Positions 48,022-57,435 of a stretch of DNA of 64,000 nucleotides are shown in pieces. The notes beneath the pieces are model-generated. The model ran no database searches, was not told where the DNA came from, and saw only the letters and a list, made by a program, of their open reading frames with translations. Within the stretch, counting starts at the first letter, position 1, and every line of letters starts with the position of its first letter. The position numbers and the translations under genes were made by a program. Origin of the DNA: Acidobacteriota bacterium (GTDB lineage Bacteria > Acidobacteriota > UBA6911 > RPQK01 > JADFOI01); contig OY760074.1 of assembly GCA_963663035.1 (NCBI GenBank), positions 2,400,001 through 2,464,000 of the forward strand, read 5' to 3'.

Positions 48022-48420
48022 GTGCAGGTTGTTTTCGATACGAACATTTTTATCTCTGCGTTCGTCATTCCAGGCGGTAATGCGGATAAGGCATATCTTG
48101 AGGCCATCCGGGGAACCTTTGAGCTTCTTACCTCTGTAGCCATTCTGACTGAAACTGCGAACACACTTCGCACCAAGTTTGCGTGGTCAGACTACAAGAT
48201 CCAACAACTCCTCCGCGCCATCAGTGGAACCGCCACAGTCGTCAAGACCCAGCCTCACATTCACGTCCTCAAAGATGAGCCGGACAATCGAATCCTGGAA
48301 TGTGCACTCCTTGCCGAAGCTGACCTGATCGTGACGGGAGATAAACATCTGCTTTCTTTGCGACAGTACCGGGATATGTCGATCATCACACTCGCTGATT
48401 TTATGGAACTCATTCAGTAA
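48022..48420 (+). CDS. PIN-domain toxin (PIN_3-like)
   Basis: VVFDTNIFIS, E, DEPDNRILECA and IVTGDKHLL motifs. Confidence 0.92.
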   Translation: MQVVFDTNIFISAFVIPGGNADKAYLEAIRGTFELLTSVAILTETANTLRTKFAWSDYKIQQLLRAISGTATVVKTQPHIHVLKDEPDNRILECALLAEADLIVTGDKHLLSLRQYRDMSIITLADFMELIQ

Positions 48421-48450
48421 CCACAGATCACAGCTGGCAGCCCGGCAACG

Positions 48451-48493
48451 GTTGTCAGTTGTCAGGTGTCAGCGTTTCAGGGTTTCAGTGGTT
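48451..48493. repeat. Heptamer array on the right of the TA module (inverted)
   Basis: g TTGTCAG TTGTCAG GTGTCAG CGTTTCAG GGTTTCAG tggtt. Confidence 0.85.
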
Positions 48494-49721
48494 AGTCGTT
48501 CAAAACTACGGTTTCTGAAGGAGACACCATTCGGTAGCGAACTCCCCGCCACTCGATTGTGCGACTCAACAGGGAACGGATGAATCCCAACAGGGAAAGG
48601 AGAGAGGCCAGGGGTCCCCAGAAAGTATAAGCCCAGCGATACTTCCGCAGAACCGAAGCGTGCTCAGGAAACAACAGGGAGACAGCCCGTACTCGAAGCC
48701 AACCCTTTACGCAACCGAGGGAGTAGACTGAAGCAAGCAGCACTGCAAGTGGGAAAAGAAGACGACTGGAGGCAAGATTGGTGTTCCAGAGCGCGGCCGA
48801 CAGGAATGCCATTCCTCCCCAAAGAGTGATGCTGTTGAGGGCCTGCGAAGCAAAAGCCATCTTCCACAAGTTGGGATGGTAAACGCGAGTAATGGAAAGT
48901 TGTCGGCCGCTCCACTCCAGTAACTCTTCGAAGCTGCAGTCCTCATGGGAAAAACTCAGGCAGCGGGGTTGGAAGGAAATGGTTCGCGAATGATCATGCA
49001 TGGCCCGGCTGATAGCGTAGTCGTCACTCAAGGCATTCCTCCAGTAGTCGATGACTCGGCAATCCTGAAACACTTGACGACGCACGGCCATGGCTCCCCC
49101 CCAAGCAAAGGCGCTGTCTCCTTCTTTCAAGAGCGATGCCGTCCCGGCATTCCAAACTGAGCGCAAAGCAGAAGCAAAGTTCCCTCGCTGGGGGAGATAC
49201 CAACGAAATCCCGTACTCACACCCACCTGTGGATCTTTGAGTGGGCCGATCAGATAACGCAGCCAGTGACTGGCCGGTCGAATATCGGAGTCTCCAAGCG
49301 CCAACACCTGGTCTTTGTCGCGAAGCTGACCAAGGGCATGCAGCAGGTTATGCACTTTCTGTCCGCGCTGCTCGGTCTTGCCCGCAAAGAGAATTTCAGA
49401 ACTCACCCCGGGATATCGCTCTTTCACCTTCTCCAGAATGGGCACACAGGGATCCGCGGAGTCCCCGGTCACCAGCAGAATCTGCAAGTCAGGGTAGTCC
49501 AACTCGAAGTAGGCCTCAAGATTCTGTTCAAGTCCAGCGTCGACCCCTTTGCAGGGAAGAATCAGAGAGGCCGCTGGAGCAAACTCATGGGGTGGCTTAC
49601 CGCGAAACTTTTGAAACAGCCGAAGATAGTCGACTCCTGCCTTGAGAGAATAGAGGGCCTCCAGAAGAGAGAGGATTGCGAAAGCGACGAGAACGGCAGG
49701 AATAAGGGTCAAGACTGACAT
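48492..49721 (-). CDS. Ceramide glucosyltransferase/HpnI-like GT2
   Basis: PCKGVD, KVHNL, DSD, WGGAM, SDD, W..RQ and IEWRG motifs; TM segments. Confidence 0.85.
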   Translation of the reverse strand: MSVLTLIPAVLVAFAILSLLEALYSLKAGVDYLRLFQKFRGKPPHEFAPAASLILPCKGVDAGLEQNLEAYFELDYPDLQILLVTGDSADPCVPILEKVKERYPGVSSEILFAGKTEQRGQKVHNLLHALGQLRDKDQVLALGDSDIRPASHWLRYLIGPLKDPQVGVSTGFRWYLPQRGNFASALRSVWNAGTASLLKEGDSAFAWGGAMAVRRQVFQDCRVIDYWRNALSDDYAISRAMHDHSRTISFQPRCLSFSHEDCSFEELLEWSGRQLSITRVYHPNLWKMAFASQALNSITLWGGMAFLSAALWNTNLASSRLLFPLAVLLASVYSLGCVKGWLRVRAVSLLFPEHASVLRKYRWAYTFWGPLASLLSLLGFIRSLLSRTIEWRGVRYRMVSPSETVVLND

Positions 49722-50137
49722 TGGCGACTGGCCCCGGCCATTGCCAGCAACCGGTTCCACTGAGCCGGAGTCACCGGCATGACTGAGAGGCGGGGAATCC
49801 TCACCAATGGAAAATCGGAAAATTCCGAATCCGCCTTGACGTCAGCCAGGGAAACGATTCGAGGGAGTGTTTCTTTGGCCTTCACGTCCACTACCACGAG
49901 TTTTGCATCATTCTTTCCGGGATCGGGATAAGGATCGGAAATGACTTCAGCGATTCCCACCAAGGCTCGCTCCTTCCCGGTATGGTAGATGAACGCCAGA
50001 TCGCCTCTTTTTATATTGCGTAGGTGTTTCAGGGCCAGATTATTGGAGACCCCATCCCAGATGGTTCGCACGTCTCTTTCCAGATCAGTATTGGAGTAGT
50101 CGGAAGGCTCTGTTTTGAGTAACCAGTATTGCGGCAT
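49709..50137 (-). CDS. EVE domain protein
   Basis: YWLLKTEP, WDGVSN, YHTG and RLSVMPV motifs. Confidence 0.93.
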   Translation of the reverse strand: MPQYWLLKTEPSDYSNTDLERDVRTIWDGVSNNLALKHLRNIKRGDLAFIYHTGKERALVGIAEVISDPYPDPGKNDAKLVVVDVKAKETLPRIVSLADVKADSEFSDFPLVRIPRLSVMPVTPAQWNRLLAMAGASRQCQS

Positions 50138-50146
50138 ACCAAAGCT

Positions 50147-51337
50147 CTAGCCGACTTTTTCAGGAATTCGGCTCACTGTCGATGCCATCGTCTTTCCGAC
50201 AGCCTGCTCCTCAGCTCCATGTTCCTCTAACATCTGATCAAAGAGCGACCTTTGCCTCTGCTCATACCTGTATTCTCGTTCCGTGTGGGTGGGTTTCGTT
50301 CCAAAGAGGTTCAATTCCTTGGCCAACAGGCCACCCAGGACTCCAATCACCACGATAATGACCGCAGCATACTCATCTAACTGGACCGTGAAGGCAAAAG
50401 CAATGATTCCCAGCAGCACGGTGACGAAATACAAGAACAGCACAGTCTGTTTCTGGCTCAAACCCAGATCGAGCAAACGGTGGTGCAGATGCTCCCGATC
50501 TGCAGTGGCGATACCCTTATTATTGATGTAGCGGCGCGTCAGGGCAACCACTGCATCAAAAATGGGAATCCCAAAAATGATCACGGGCACGATCAAGGAA
50601 GAGAGGGCGAAGCTTTTCTGAAATCCGGTGGTGGAGAGACATCCCAGGGTAAAACCCAGGAACATGCTTCCCGTATCTCCCAGAAACACCTTGGCCGGAA
50701 AACGGTTATAGCGCAGAAAGCCCAGTGTTGCTCCCGCCAGGGCAATGTAAAAATAAGTCACCTCCCCGGCCTCGATATTGACGGAGATTAAAAAAAGCGT
50801 CACCGAAGTAAAAAGGGCAATGCCGCAAGCCAGTCCGTCCAATCCATCAATCAGGTTCATGGCATTGGTGAGGCCCACAATCCAGAGAACCGAAAGAGGA
50901 AAGGCCAACATTCCCAGGTCAAAGTAGTCCCTCGTTCCTGTCACAAGAGGATTGCTCGCCAGCTCAAACTGCACTCCCATGTAAACTGCAATACTGGCTG
51001 CCACAAACTGACAGGCGAGCTTTACAAAGGGGTTAGCATTATGGGTGTCATCCCATAATCCTATGGCAATAATGACCAAGCTCCCCACCATCATGCCCAC
51101 CAAACTGGTGCTCAGAACCTGGGGAATGTAGACGTTGACTGCGGCCCCCAGCAAGAGAGAAATGGCCACGGAAAGAAAGACTGCTGCACCGCCCAGTCGG
51201 GGAATGGGAGTTTTGTGCACTTTTCTGTCAGTGGGAATGTCTACGGCACCGATCTTAGCAGCGATCTTGATGGAGAGCGGCGTCAGGAGATTGACGGAGC
51301 CCAGAGCCACCAGAAATAAAAAGAGATAGATAATCAT
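50147..51337 (-). CDS. Undecaprenyl-phosphate GlcNAc-1-phosphate transferase (WecA/TagO family)
   Basis: RKVH..PIPRLGG, WDD, NAMNLIDGLDGL, FLGDTGS and DREHLHH motifs. Confidence 0.95.
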   Translation of the reverse strand: MIIYLFLFLVALGSVNLLTPLSIKIAAKIGAVDIPTDRKVHKTPIPRLGGAAVFLSVAISLLLGAAVNVYIPQVLSTSLVGMMVGSLVIIAIGLWDDTHNANPFVKLACQFVAASIAVYMGVQFELASNPLVTGTRDYFDLGMLAFPLSVLWIVGLTNAMNLIDGLDGLACGIALFTSVTLFLISVNIEAGEVTYFYIALAGATLGFLRYNRFPAKVFLGDTGSMFLGFTLGCLSTTGFQKSFALSSLIVPVIIFGIPIFDAVVALTRRYINNKGIATADREHLHHRLLDLGLSQKQTVLFLYFVTVLLGIIAFAFTVQLDEYAAVIIVVIGVLGGLLAKELNLFGTKPTHTEREYRYEQRQRSLFDQMLEEHGAEEQAVGKTMASTVSRIPEKVG

Positions 51338-52587
51338 TTTAGGCGACCTGCAAGACTTGACTCCTGCCTTTCCAGCCCAGGTCTGCCGGCCAGCGTATGG
51401 GTGGTCCGAGGAGCAACCGTACTGGTGTTCTCAGGTGGCAGATGCCGTTGATAAACCTGGTGAATCATTTCCACCATTGAGTCAGCCGAGTGCTCTTGCC
51501 CGATTCGATGGGCGCCTGCCTGGCCCATTTTTTGCCTGAGGTCGGGGTCGGTGATCAGGGTCTCCAGCCGCTTCACCAAGGCGTTCACATCTCCGGGGGG
51601 AATGAGATATCCGCTCACCTGATCTTCCACCAACTCCGTCAGGCCACCCACCCCGCTAGCCACCACGGGTTTTCCGGCTGCCATGGCCTCCAGAGCCACT
51701 CTTCCCATCCCTTCATAGAAGGAAGGAAGAACTGACACGTCAAGAATGGCTGTAATTTCTGGAACATTGGTCCAGAAGCCGGTGAAAATCACGGCTTCTT
51801 CGATCCCCAGAGATTTGACTTGTTCCCTTAATTTCTCTTCCAGATTCCCATCTCCCACAATCAGCAGTTTCACTCGGTGCCCGCTCTTCAGAAGTCGGGC
51901 CATCGCATCAATCAGCTGTTCATGGCCCTTCCCCTCCCACAGCTTGGAGACCACGCCAATCACCACTTCTTCCGCTTCAATTCCGAACTGAGTTTTAAGC
52001 TCGGGGCAAGGGGCTTGATTTCGAAAGCTCTCCACTTCAATTCCGCTGAAGATCTTGACGAACTTCTCTGGTGGGGCGATCTTCTCTCGCTGCGCCCACT
52101 CCACCATGGGCTGAGAGACGGCGATCATCTGGTCACACCAGCCTGCCGCCATTCGTTCCAGGACAATAAAGAGATGGCGCACGACCCAGTTCTCTTCATC
52201 ATGAAAGGCAAAGCCGTGAACGGTGTGGATGACAATTGGAACGTGGTTCTTCCTGGCAGCAAGACGTCCCAGAAAACCCCCTTTTGAGTTGTGAGTGTGG
52301 ACCAGATCGAATCTCTCTCGTGCCAACAAACGGTCCAGCTGCCACAGGGCGTGAAGATCCTTGAAAGGAGACAACTCGCTGACAAAGTTTCGGATGGGGT
52401 AAAACTGCAGGCCGGCCTCGCGAACCAAGGTTTCTAATTTCCCACCGGGAGCACTGGCGAGGCCCACCTCAGCTCCACAATTCGCTGAGCCCTGCATCGT
52501 CCGAAGTGTAGCGATCCCCGAGCCACTGACAACGGGAAGCGTATGAACATGCAGGATCCGCCGGCCGGCCAGAGAGACATTCTCCAT
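51334..52587 (-). CDS. Glycosyltransferase family 4
   Basis: HTHNSKGG, HTVHG, KGH and EGMGRVALEAMA motifs. Confidence 0.93.
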   Translation of the reverse strand: MENVSLAGRRILHVHTLPVVSGSGIATLRTMQGSANCGAEVGLASAPGGKLETLVREAGLQFYPIRNFVSELSPFKDLHALWQLDRLLARERFDLVHTHNSKGGFLGRLAARKNHVPIVIHTVHGFAFHDEENWVVRHLFIVLERMAAGWCDQMIAVSQPMVEWAQREKIAPPEKFVKIFSGIEVESFRNQAPCPELKTQFGIEAEEVVIGVVSKLWEGKGHEQLIDAMARLLKSGHRVKLLIVGDGNLEEKLREQVKSLGIEEAVIFTGFWTNVPEITAILDVSVLPSFYEGMGRVALEAMAAGKPVVASGVGGLTELVEDQVSGYLIPPGDVNALVKRLETLITDPDLRQKMGQAGAHRIGQEHSADSMVEMIHQVYQRHLPPENTSTVAPRTTHTLAGRPGLERQESSLAGRLK

Positions 52588-52641
52588 TCACTATTTATTG
52601 TACCGAATATAATGCGTCATCCGCGGTAATCGCCGGTAGGA

Positions 52642-54153
52642 TCATTGGATATTCACAAAGACGGGATTTGACAACACATTGTAGATGTTTCCGCGCCACC
52701 GAGCTCTCATCCGAAAATAGTGTCGACCCGATGGGAGTTTCTGCGTGCTCGTGATCTGGATGGGTAGGTACTGCTCAACCTGCTCCACGACCTCTCCGTT
52801 TCGGATCAGTTCAAGATGGAAGGGTCTATCCTCTTCAGGAGGATTATGGAGCCAATCCAAGTGAATGTGCACCTGGACAGGGGATTCACCCTCCACTTCA
52901 CCTCCTTGAAAAGCCTTGGCTCCCTCAAAGGTTTCCACACTGAGTTGGTGCAAACGAAGCTTTTCCTCCGGCTGTTGGAAGGTGGCGTAACCGCTTCCCT
53001 CACGAAGTGCTTCAAGAACGGCCGCTTCCGACTTCTCCGGCATCAAGAGGATGGTTTGGCCTCCGACAAGGTCGTACCAGCTTCCCGGGTTACCTTTGAA
53101 GTAATGAAAATTGATTCCGGTGGTCAAAAAGGGAGGTGTCCTGCGCCAACCTTCGATATAGGAATTTAGGGCAAGGTCCCATACTCTACCGGGCAGAGTT
53201 GCCGTGATCCGATCGCCGTAGATCCCTTCAATCCCATGGTAACCATCGGTCAGGAGGAGATCTTCCGCGTGAGGCTGGCTCACCATTTTGGCTCCCCCCA
53301 TTTGAACATCCGGATAACGAGCTTCTGGATAGCTCCAATAGACGATTCCACCCCGTTTATTCACATAATCGATCACACGCTGATAAGGAAGAATGTCCTG
53401 CTGACCTGAGTGCGGATCACCCAGCCTCCCGAAAGGATAGTTGTTCCAGGCCAGCAGCAAAGCGAATAGCATGATGCTCGTTGCTACTGCCCAAGGACGC
53501 CGCTTACGCAGGATCGTGTAGTCGCTGAGATGAATTTTCAGGTAGCTTCCTGACACCAGCAGGAGAATCCCGCAAAGAAAGATGCCCGAGGGAACGAGGA
53601 TCAAAGTCCAATGGGTAGCAGTATTTCCCCAGGTCTCATTTCCGATGACCGGCAGATTTTCAAGTTGCCGCTCCGTCAGTCCCAGGACAATCAGATGGCG
53701 GTCGAAATTGTAGAGTGTCGGCTCAATCCAGGGCTCTCCCTTCCAATAGTAGTAGGGCGTCACCTCCACGCCCGGGAGAATGACCAGATCAGGAAACTGC
53801 TTTTGTGCCTCTCGTACAGCGGCAAAGTAACGCCCGATTCCATAATCCCGAACCCCTGGCCGAACCATTTTGTTGATTCCCTCAACGGCGATTCGATCGA
53901 ACGGCCAGATCCCATAGACTACCGTGGTCAAAAAGGAGTCGGTCAGAACCAGTACGTCAATGTTTCGTTCCCTTGCAAAACCTGCCAGCTCTGAGACCTC
54001 ATACTCACCGTTGCTAAAGGTGGAATGGACATGAATGGCGGCCGGGTAGTGCTTCAGCTCTTTTGTTGCAGCTTCCCCCTGAAAGCAAAACAAGAACAGG
54101 AGAAAAAGCAAAAGGAAGGGACTGCACTTAGAAGAAGTGTTCAAGAGAACCAC
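52642..54153 (-). CDS. PHP-fold membrane protein with an internal two-TM hairpin
   Basis: Signal peptide; HVHSTFSNG, LTD, PGVE and RHL motifs; two hydrophobic helices mid-domain. Confidence 0.7.
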   Translation of the reverse strand: MVLLNTSSKCSPFLLLFLLFLFCFQGEAATKELKHYPAAIHVHSTFSNGEYEVSELAGFARERNIDVLVLTDSFLTTVVYGIWPFDRIAVEGINKMVRPGVRDYGIGRYFAAVREAQKQFPDLVILPGVEVTPYYYWKGEPWIEPTLYNFDRHLIVLGLTERQLENLPVIGNETWGNTATHWTLILVPSGIFLCGILLLVSGSYLKIHLSDYTILRKRRPWAVATSIMLFALLLAWNNYPFGRLGDPHSGQQDILPYQRVIDYVNKRGGIVYWSYPEARYPDVQMGGAKMVSQPHAEDLLLTDGYHGIEGIYGDRITATLPGRVWDLALNSYIEGWRRTPPFLTTGINFHYFKGNPGSWYDLVGGQTILLMPEKSEAAVLEALREGSGYATFQQPEEKLRLHQLSVETFEGAKAFQGGEVEGESPVQVHIHLDWLHNPPEEDRPFHLELIRNGEVVEQVEQYLPIQITSTQKLPSGRHYFRMRARWRGNIYNVLSNPVFVNIQ

Positions 54154-54196
54154 AAAATATGATACCCGATTTGGGAGTCAACGTGGGGCACGGAAT

Positions 54197-54655
54197 CTAC
54201 CTGATCGGATCCCCGTCCAGCCAGTCATAGCCGATTTCCGAATCATCGTGGGGAATACGACCTTCGTCCTCTGGATTGTAGGTGTGAGAAGTAGCGTAAA
54301 GAAGACTTGCGGGCCCGCTGATGCACTTGCAACCGTGAGCGACACCGGGGGGGATCTTGAGAACGCTTGCCTCGTGGCGATCCCCTAGCATCATTTCCAT
54401 ACTCTGACGGTAGGTAGACGATTCCGGTCGCTTATCGTACAAGACGACCTTCAAAACTCCCGTGCAGACATACCACCAGTCCGTCTGCTTGTTATGAATA
54501 TGCCAGGCCTTGATGACTCCCGGGTGCATCAATGAGTGACTCCACTGCCCAAAACCCTCCTCGAAGAAATCGTCCGTCACCCGAATGATCTCGCGAAAAA
54601 ACCCACGCTCGTCTCGGTGGGTCTTCAAACTTCTGACAACCACCCCATCAATCAT
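54197..54655 (-). CDS. RmlC-like cupin sugar 3,5-epimerase
   Basis: DERGFF, KAWHIH, IPPGVAHG and IGYDW motifs. Confidence 0.88.
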   Translation of the reverse strand: MIDGVVVRSLKTHRDERGFFREIIRVTDDFFEEGFGQWSHSLMHPGVIKAWHIHNKQTDWWYVCTGVLKVVLYDKRPESSTYRQSMEMMLGDRHEASVLKIPPGVAHGCKCISGPASLLYATSHTYNPEDEGRIPHDDSEIGYDWLDGDPIR

Positions 54656-55731
54656 AGAGGCGTAGCCTCGCTTAAGATTTTGACAATGCGTCTGGCGGCA
54701 TCTCCATCTCCAAAGTCAAGCCGGCGTGCTTGAGGTGGCTTGATCGTTGCAACGGCATGAACGATGTCGGATTGATCAGCTCCAACCACTACGTTCCAGC
54801 CAGACTCTACGGTTTCAGTCCATTCTGTCTCCGGGCGTAGCGTTACACAGGGTACGCCGACAAAATAGGCTTCCTTCTGTACACCCCCGGAATCGGTGAG
54901 GATCACTCGGGCATTCTGTTCAAGCATGAGCATGTCAAGGTAGCTTACCGGTTTGATGCTCTGGACATTGGGCATTTGAGATAAATCCAGTGCGCCATTC
55001 ACCCCACTAAGACTGTGTTTCGTCCTGGGATGAATGGGGAAAACAATCGTCTCTTTTATCTCGGCAAAAGCACTAAGAATGCTGCACAGAGCTTCGGGAG
55101 AATCGGTATTGTAGGCACGGTGAACTGTGGCTAACAAGTAGTTTCCTGGCTTTAAATCCAGTTTCTCAAGTATCTTCGAGCGCTGGCGGGCGACATCGCC
55201 AAAGGACAACACCGAGTCGTACATGGTGTCTCCGACAAGGTGTACTCCCCTGGTAATGCCCTCTCTAGCCAGGTTCTCAATAGCGGTCTTGGTTGGGCAG
55301 AAGAACAGGTCAGAGCAGTGATCAGCAATCTGGCGATTACGCTCTTCGGGCATTTCACGATTGAAGGACCGCAAGCCAGCCTCAACATGGGCCAGGGGAA
55401 CATTCAGTTTCACTGCAGCCAGGGCAGCCGCCAGAGTCGAATTGGCGTCACCATAAACAATGACCCAATCCGGCTTTTCCGACTGGAGAACTTCCTCCAC
55501 ACCCATCAGCATGTGAGCCGTTTGGAACCCATGAGTTCCTGATCCTACTCCTAAGTTCAGGTCGGGTTCAGGAAGTTCCAGTTCTTCAAAGAAAACGCGA
55601 GACATCTCCGTATCATAGTGTTGTCCAGTGTGTATCAAGATTTCCTGGTGATGGTTTTTCCTGAGCTCCTTACTGACGGGAGCAGCCTTGATAAACTGGG
55701 GGCGGGCTCCTACGATTGTGACGACTTTCAT
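54652..55731 (-). CDS. Non-hydrolysing UDP-GlcNAc(3NAcA) 2-epimerase (WecB/WbpI-like)
   Basis: GARPQFIK, HTGQHYD, HVEAGLRS and TDSGGVQKEA motifs. Confidence 0.94.
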   Translation of the reverse strand: MKVVTIVGARPQFIKAAPVSKELRKNHHQEILIHTGQHYDTEMSRVFFEELELPEPDLNLGVGSGTHGFQTAHMLMGVEEVLQSEKPDWVIVYGDANSTLAAALAAVKLNVPLAHVEAGLRSFNREMPEERNRQIADHCSDLFFCPTKTAIENLAREGITRGVHLVGDTMYDSVLSFGDVARQRSKILEKLDLKPGNYLLATVHRAYNTDSPEALCSILSAFAEIKETIVFPIHPRTKHSLSGVNGALDLSQMPNVQSIKPVSYLDMLMLEQNARVILTDSGGVQKEAYFVGVPCVTLRPETEWTETVESGWNVVVGADQSDIVHAVATIKPPQARRLDFGDGDAARRIVKILSEATPL

Positions 55732-56846
55732 GGTTGAGTCTCAGAACCAACCATGGCGCCTTCTAATGCAGCCACAACCTCCTGCACCTGTTGGTCGGAC
55801 ATCTCCGGGTAGACTGGGATGGCCAGGGTTTCGCGACTCATTTGTTCTGTAACCGCGAGATCACCCTCCTTTAATCCGAGAAACTGGCAGGGCTTGGTCA
55901 AGTGCAGGGGTTGGGGATAGTAGATAGCAGAGCCAATCCCTTTCTCTCTCAGAATTTGGATAACCTCGTCACGCTGCCTCAGTCGCACCACAAAAAGATG
56001 AAAAACGTGCTTGACCGAGCTGGCTTCATAAGGCACCCCTATGCCGAGATCAGAAAGTTGTTCCTTATATTGGGCCGCCACCTCACGACGACGTTGGTTC
56101 CAGACATCAAGGTAGTTCAACTTTACCCTGAGGATTGCCGCCTGTAGCTCATCCAGACGACTGTTGTGCCCTGTCGTCTCGGGGAAGTACTTTTCCCGCC
56201 ACCCGTGGGTTCGCAGCATTCGCGCCCGCTCGTAAGTTTCAGCGTCGTTGGTGACCACCATTCCCCCATCGCCATAGGCTCCCAGGTTCTTGCTTGGAAA
56301 GAAACTCAAACATCCTGCATCGCCCAGGCTTCCGGTTTTTCTGCCATCGTACTCGGCTCCCATGGCCTGGGCATTGTCCTCAATGACTTTTAAGCCGTGA
56401 GTCCCAGCCAATTCCAATAGGGGGCCCATAGAGGCTGGATGCCCATACATATGGACTGGAATGACGGCCTTGGTACTGGGTGTCAGCTGCTCTGTGACCT
56501 GCTGCACATCAAGACAGTAGGTGTCGGGTTCGATATCGACGAATACGGGTCTCGCACCCACCTGCAGAACCGCTTCAGCCGTAGCAAAGAAGGTATAGCT
56601 GGGCACAATCACCTCATCGCCAGCACCGATGCCTAGACTCTCCAAGGCGATGATCAGGGCGTCAGTGCCCGATGCCACCCCGATAGCATGTTTGACCCCC
56701 AGGTAGGCCGCCACTTCCTGTTCCAACTCTTGAACATTGGGACCAAGCACAAAGTGTCCCGACTCCAAGACCTGTTGAATCGCACCGTCAATTTCCGACT
56801 GAATTGCTCGATACTGAGCTTTTAAGTCAACCAGCGGTATTGTCAT
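55728..56846 (-). CDS. DegT/DnrJ PLP aminotransferase (WbpE-like)
   Basis: SGTDAL, EDNAQA, SFFPSKNLG and NSRLDELQAA motifs. Confidence 0.94.
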   Translation of the reverse strand: MTIPLVDLKAQYRAIQSEIDGAIQQVLESGHFVLGPNVQELEQEVAAYLGVKHAIGVASGTDALIIALESLGIGAGDEVIVPSYTFFATAEAVLQVGARPVFVDIEPDTYCLDVQQVTEQLTPSTKAVIPVHMYGHPASMGPLLELAGTHGLKVIEDNAQAMGAEYDGRKTGSLGDAGCLSFFPSKNLGAYGDGGMVVTNDAETYERARMLRTHGWREKYFPETTGHNSRLDELQAAILRVKLNYLDVWNQRRREVAAQYKEQLSDLGIGVPYEASSVKHVFHLFVVRLRQRDEVIQILREKGIGSAIYYPQPLHLTKPCQFLGLKEGDLAVTEQMSRETLAIPVYPEMSDQQVQEVVAALEGAMVGSETQP

Positions 56847-57435
56847 GATCCGTCTCACTCGGACTTACCTTGGGTCCTTCCTTTGAATAGCGGGTGCCGC
56901 AGCTGCCACATTCTGCCACCTTCTGGTCATCTTCCGGCCCAAAAATCAACTTTGTCCCACACTGACAGACCCAGCCCCGAAGCCTTCCGGGATTCCCATA
57001 GACGAGGGCATAATCCGGGATGTCCTTGGTGATGACCGCACCAGCCCCCACAAAGGAGTAGCGCCCCACCATCATTCCACAAACAATGGTGGCGTTCGCT
57101 CCAATTGAGGCCCCTCGCTTGACCAGTGTTTGCTGATATTCATTTCTTCGAGAAACATGGCTGCGTGGATTCACCACGTTGGTGAACACCATCGAAGGAC
57201 CCAGAAAGGCATAATCTTCTACGGTAACGCCCGTATAAACAGAAACGTTGTTTTGGATTTTGACATGGTCACCAATGACCACATCAGAACCGATAAATAC
57301 GTTTTGGCCGATATTGCAATCGTCCCCAACCTTGGCCCCTGCCATCAGGTGAGAGAAGTGCCAAATCTTCGTTCCCGTGCCGACCTCTGCTCCCTCATCT
57401 ACAAAACTGGATTCATGAGCGAAATAGTCTGTCAT
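56827..57435 (-). CDS. Hexapeptide N-acetyltransferase (WbpD-like) with C-terminal Cys pairs
   Basis: IWHFSH, KIQNNVSVY, GPSMVFTN and SIGANAT motifs. Confidence 0.92.
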   Translation of the reverse strand: MTDYFAHESSFVDEGAEVGTGTKIWHFSHLMAGAKVGDDCNIGQNVFIGSDVVIGDHVKIQNNVSVYTGVTVEDYAFLGPSMVFTNVVNPRSHVSRRNEYQQTLVKRGASIGANATIVCGMMVGRYSFVGAGAVITKDIPDYALVYGNPGRLRGWVCQCGTKLIFGPEDDQKVAECGSCGTRYSKEGPKVSPSETDHDNTAG

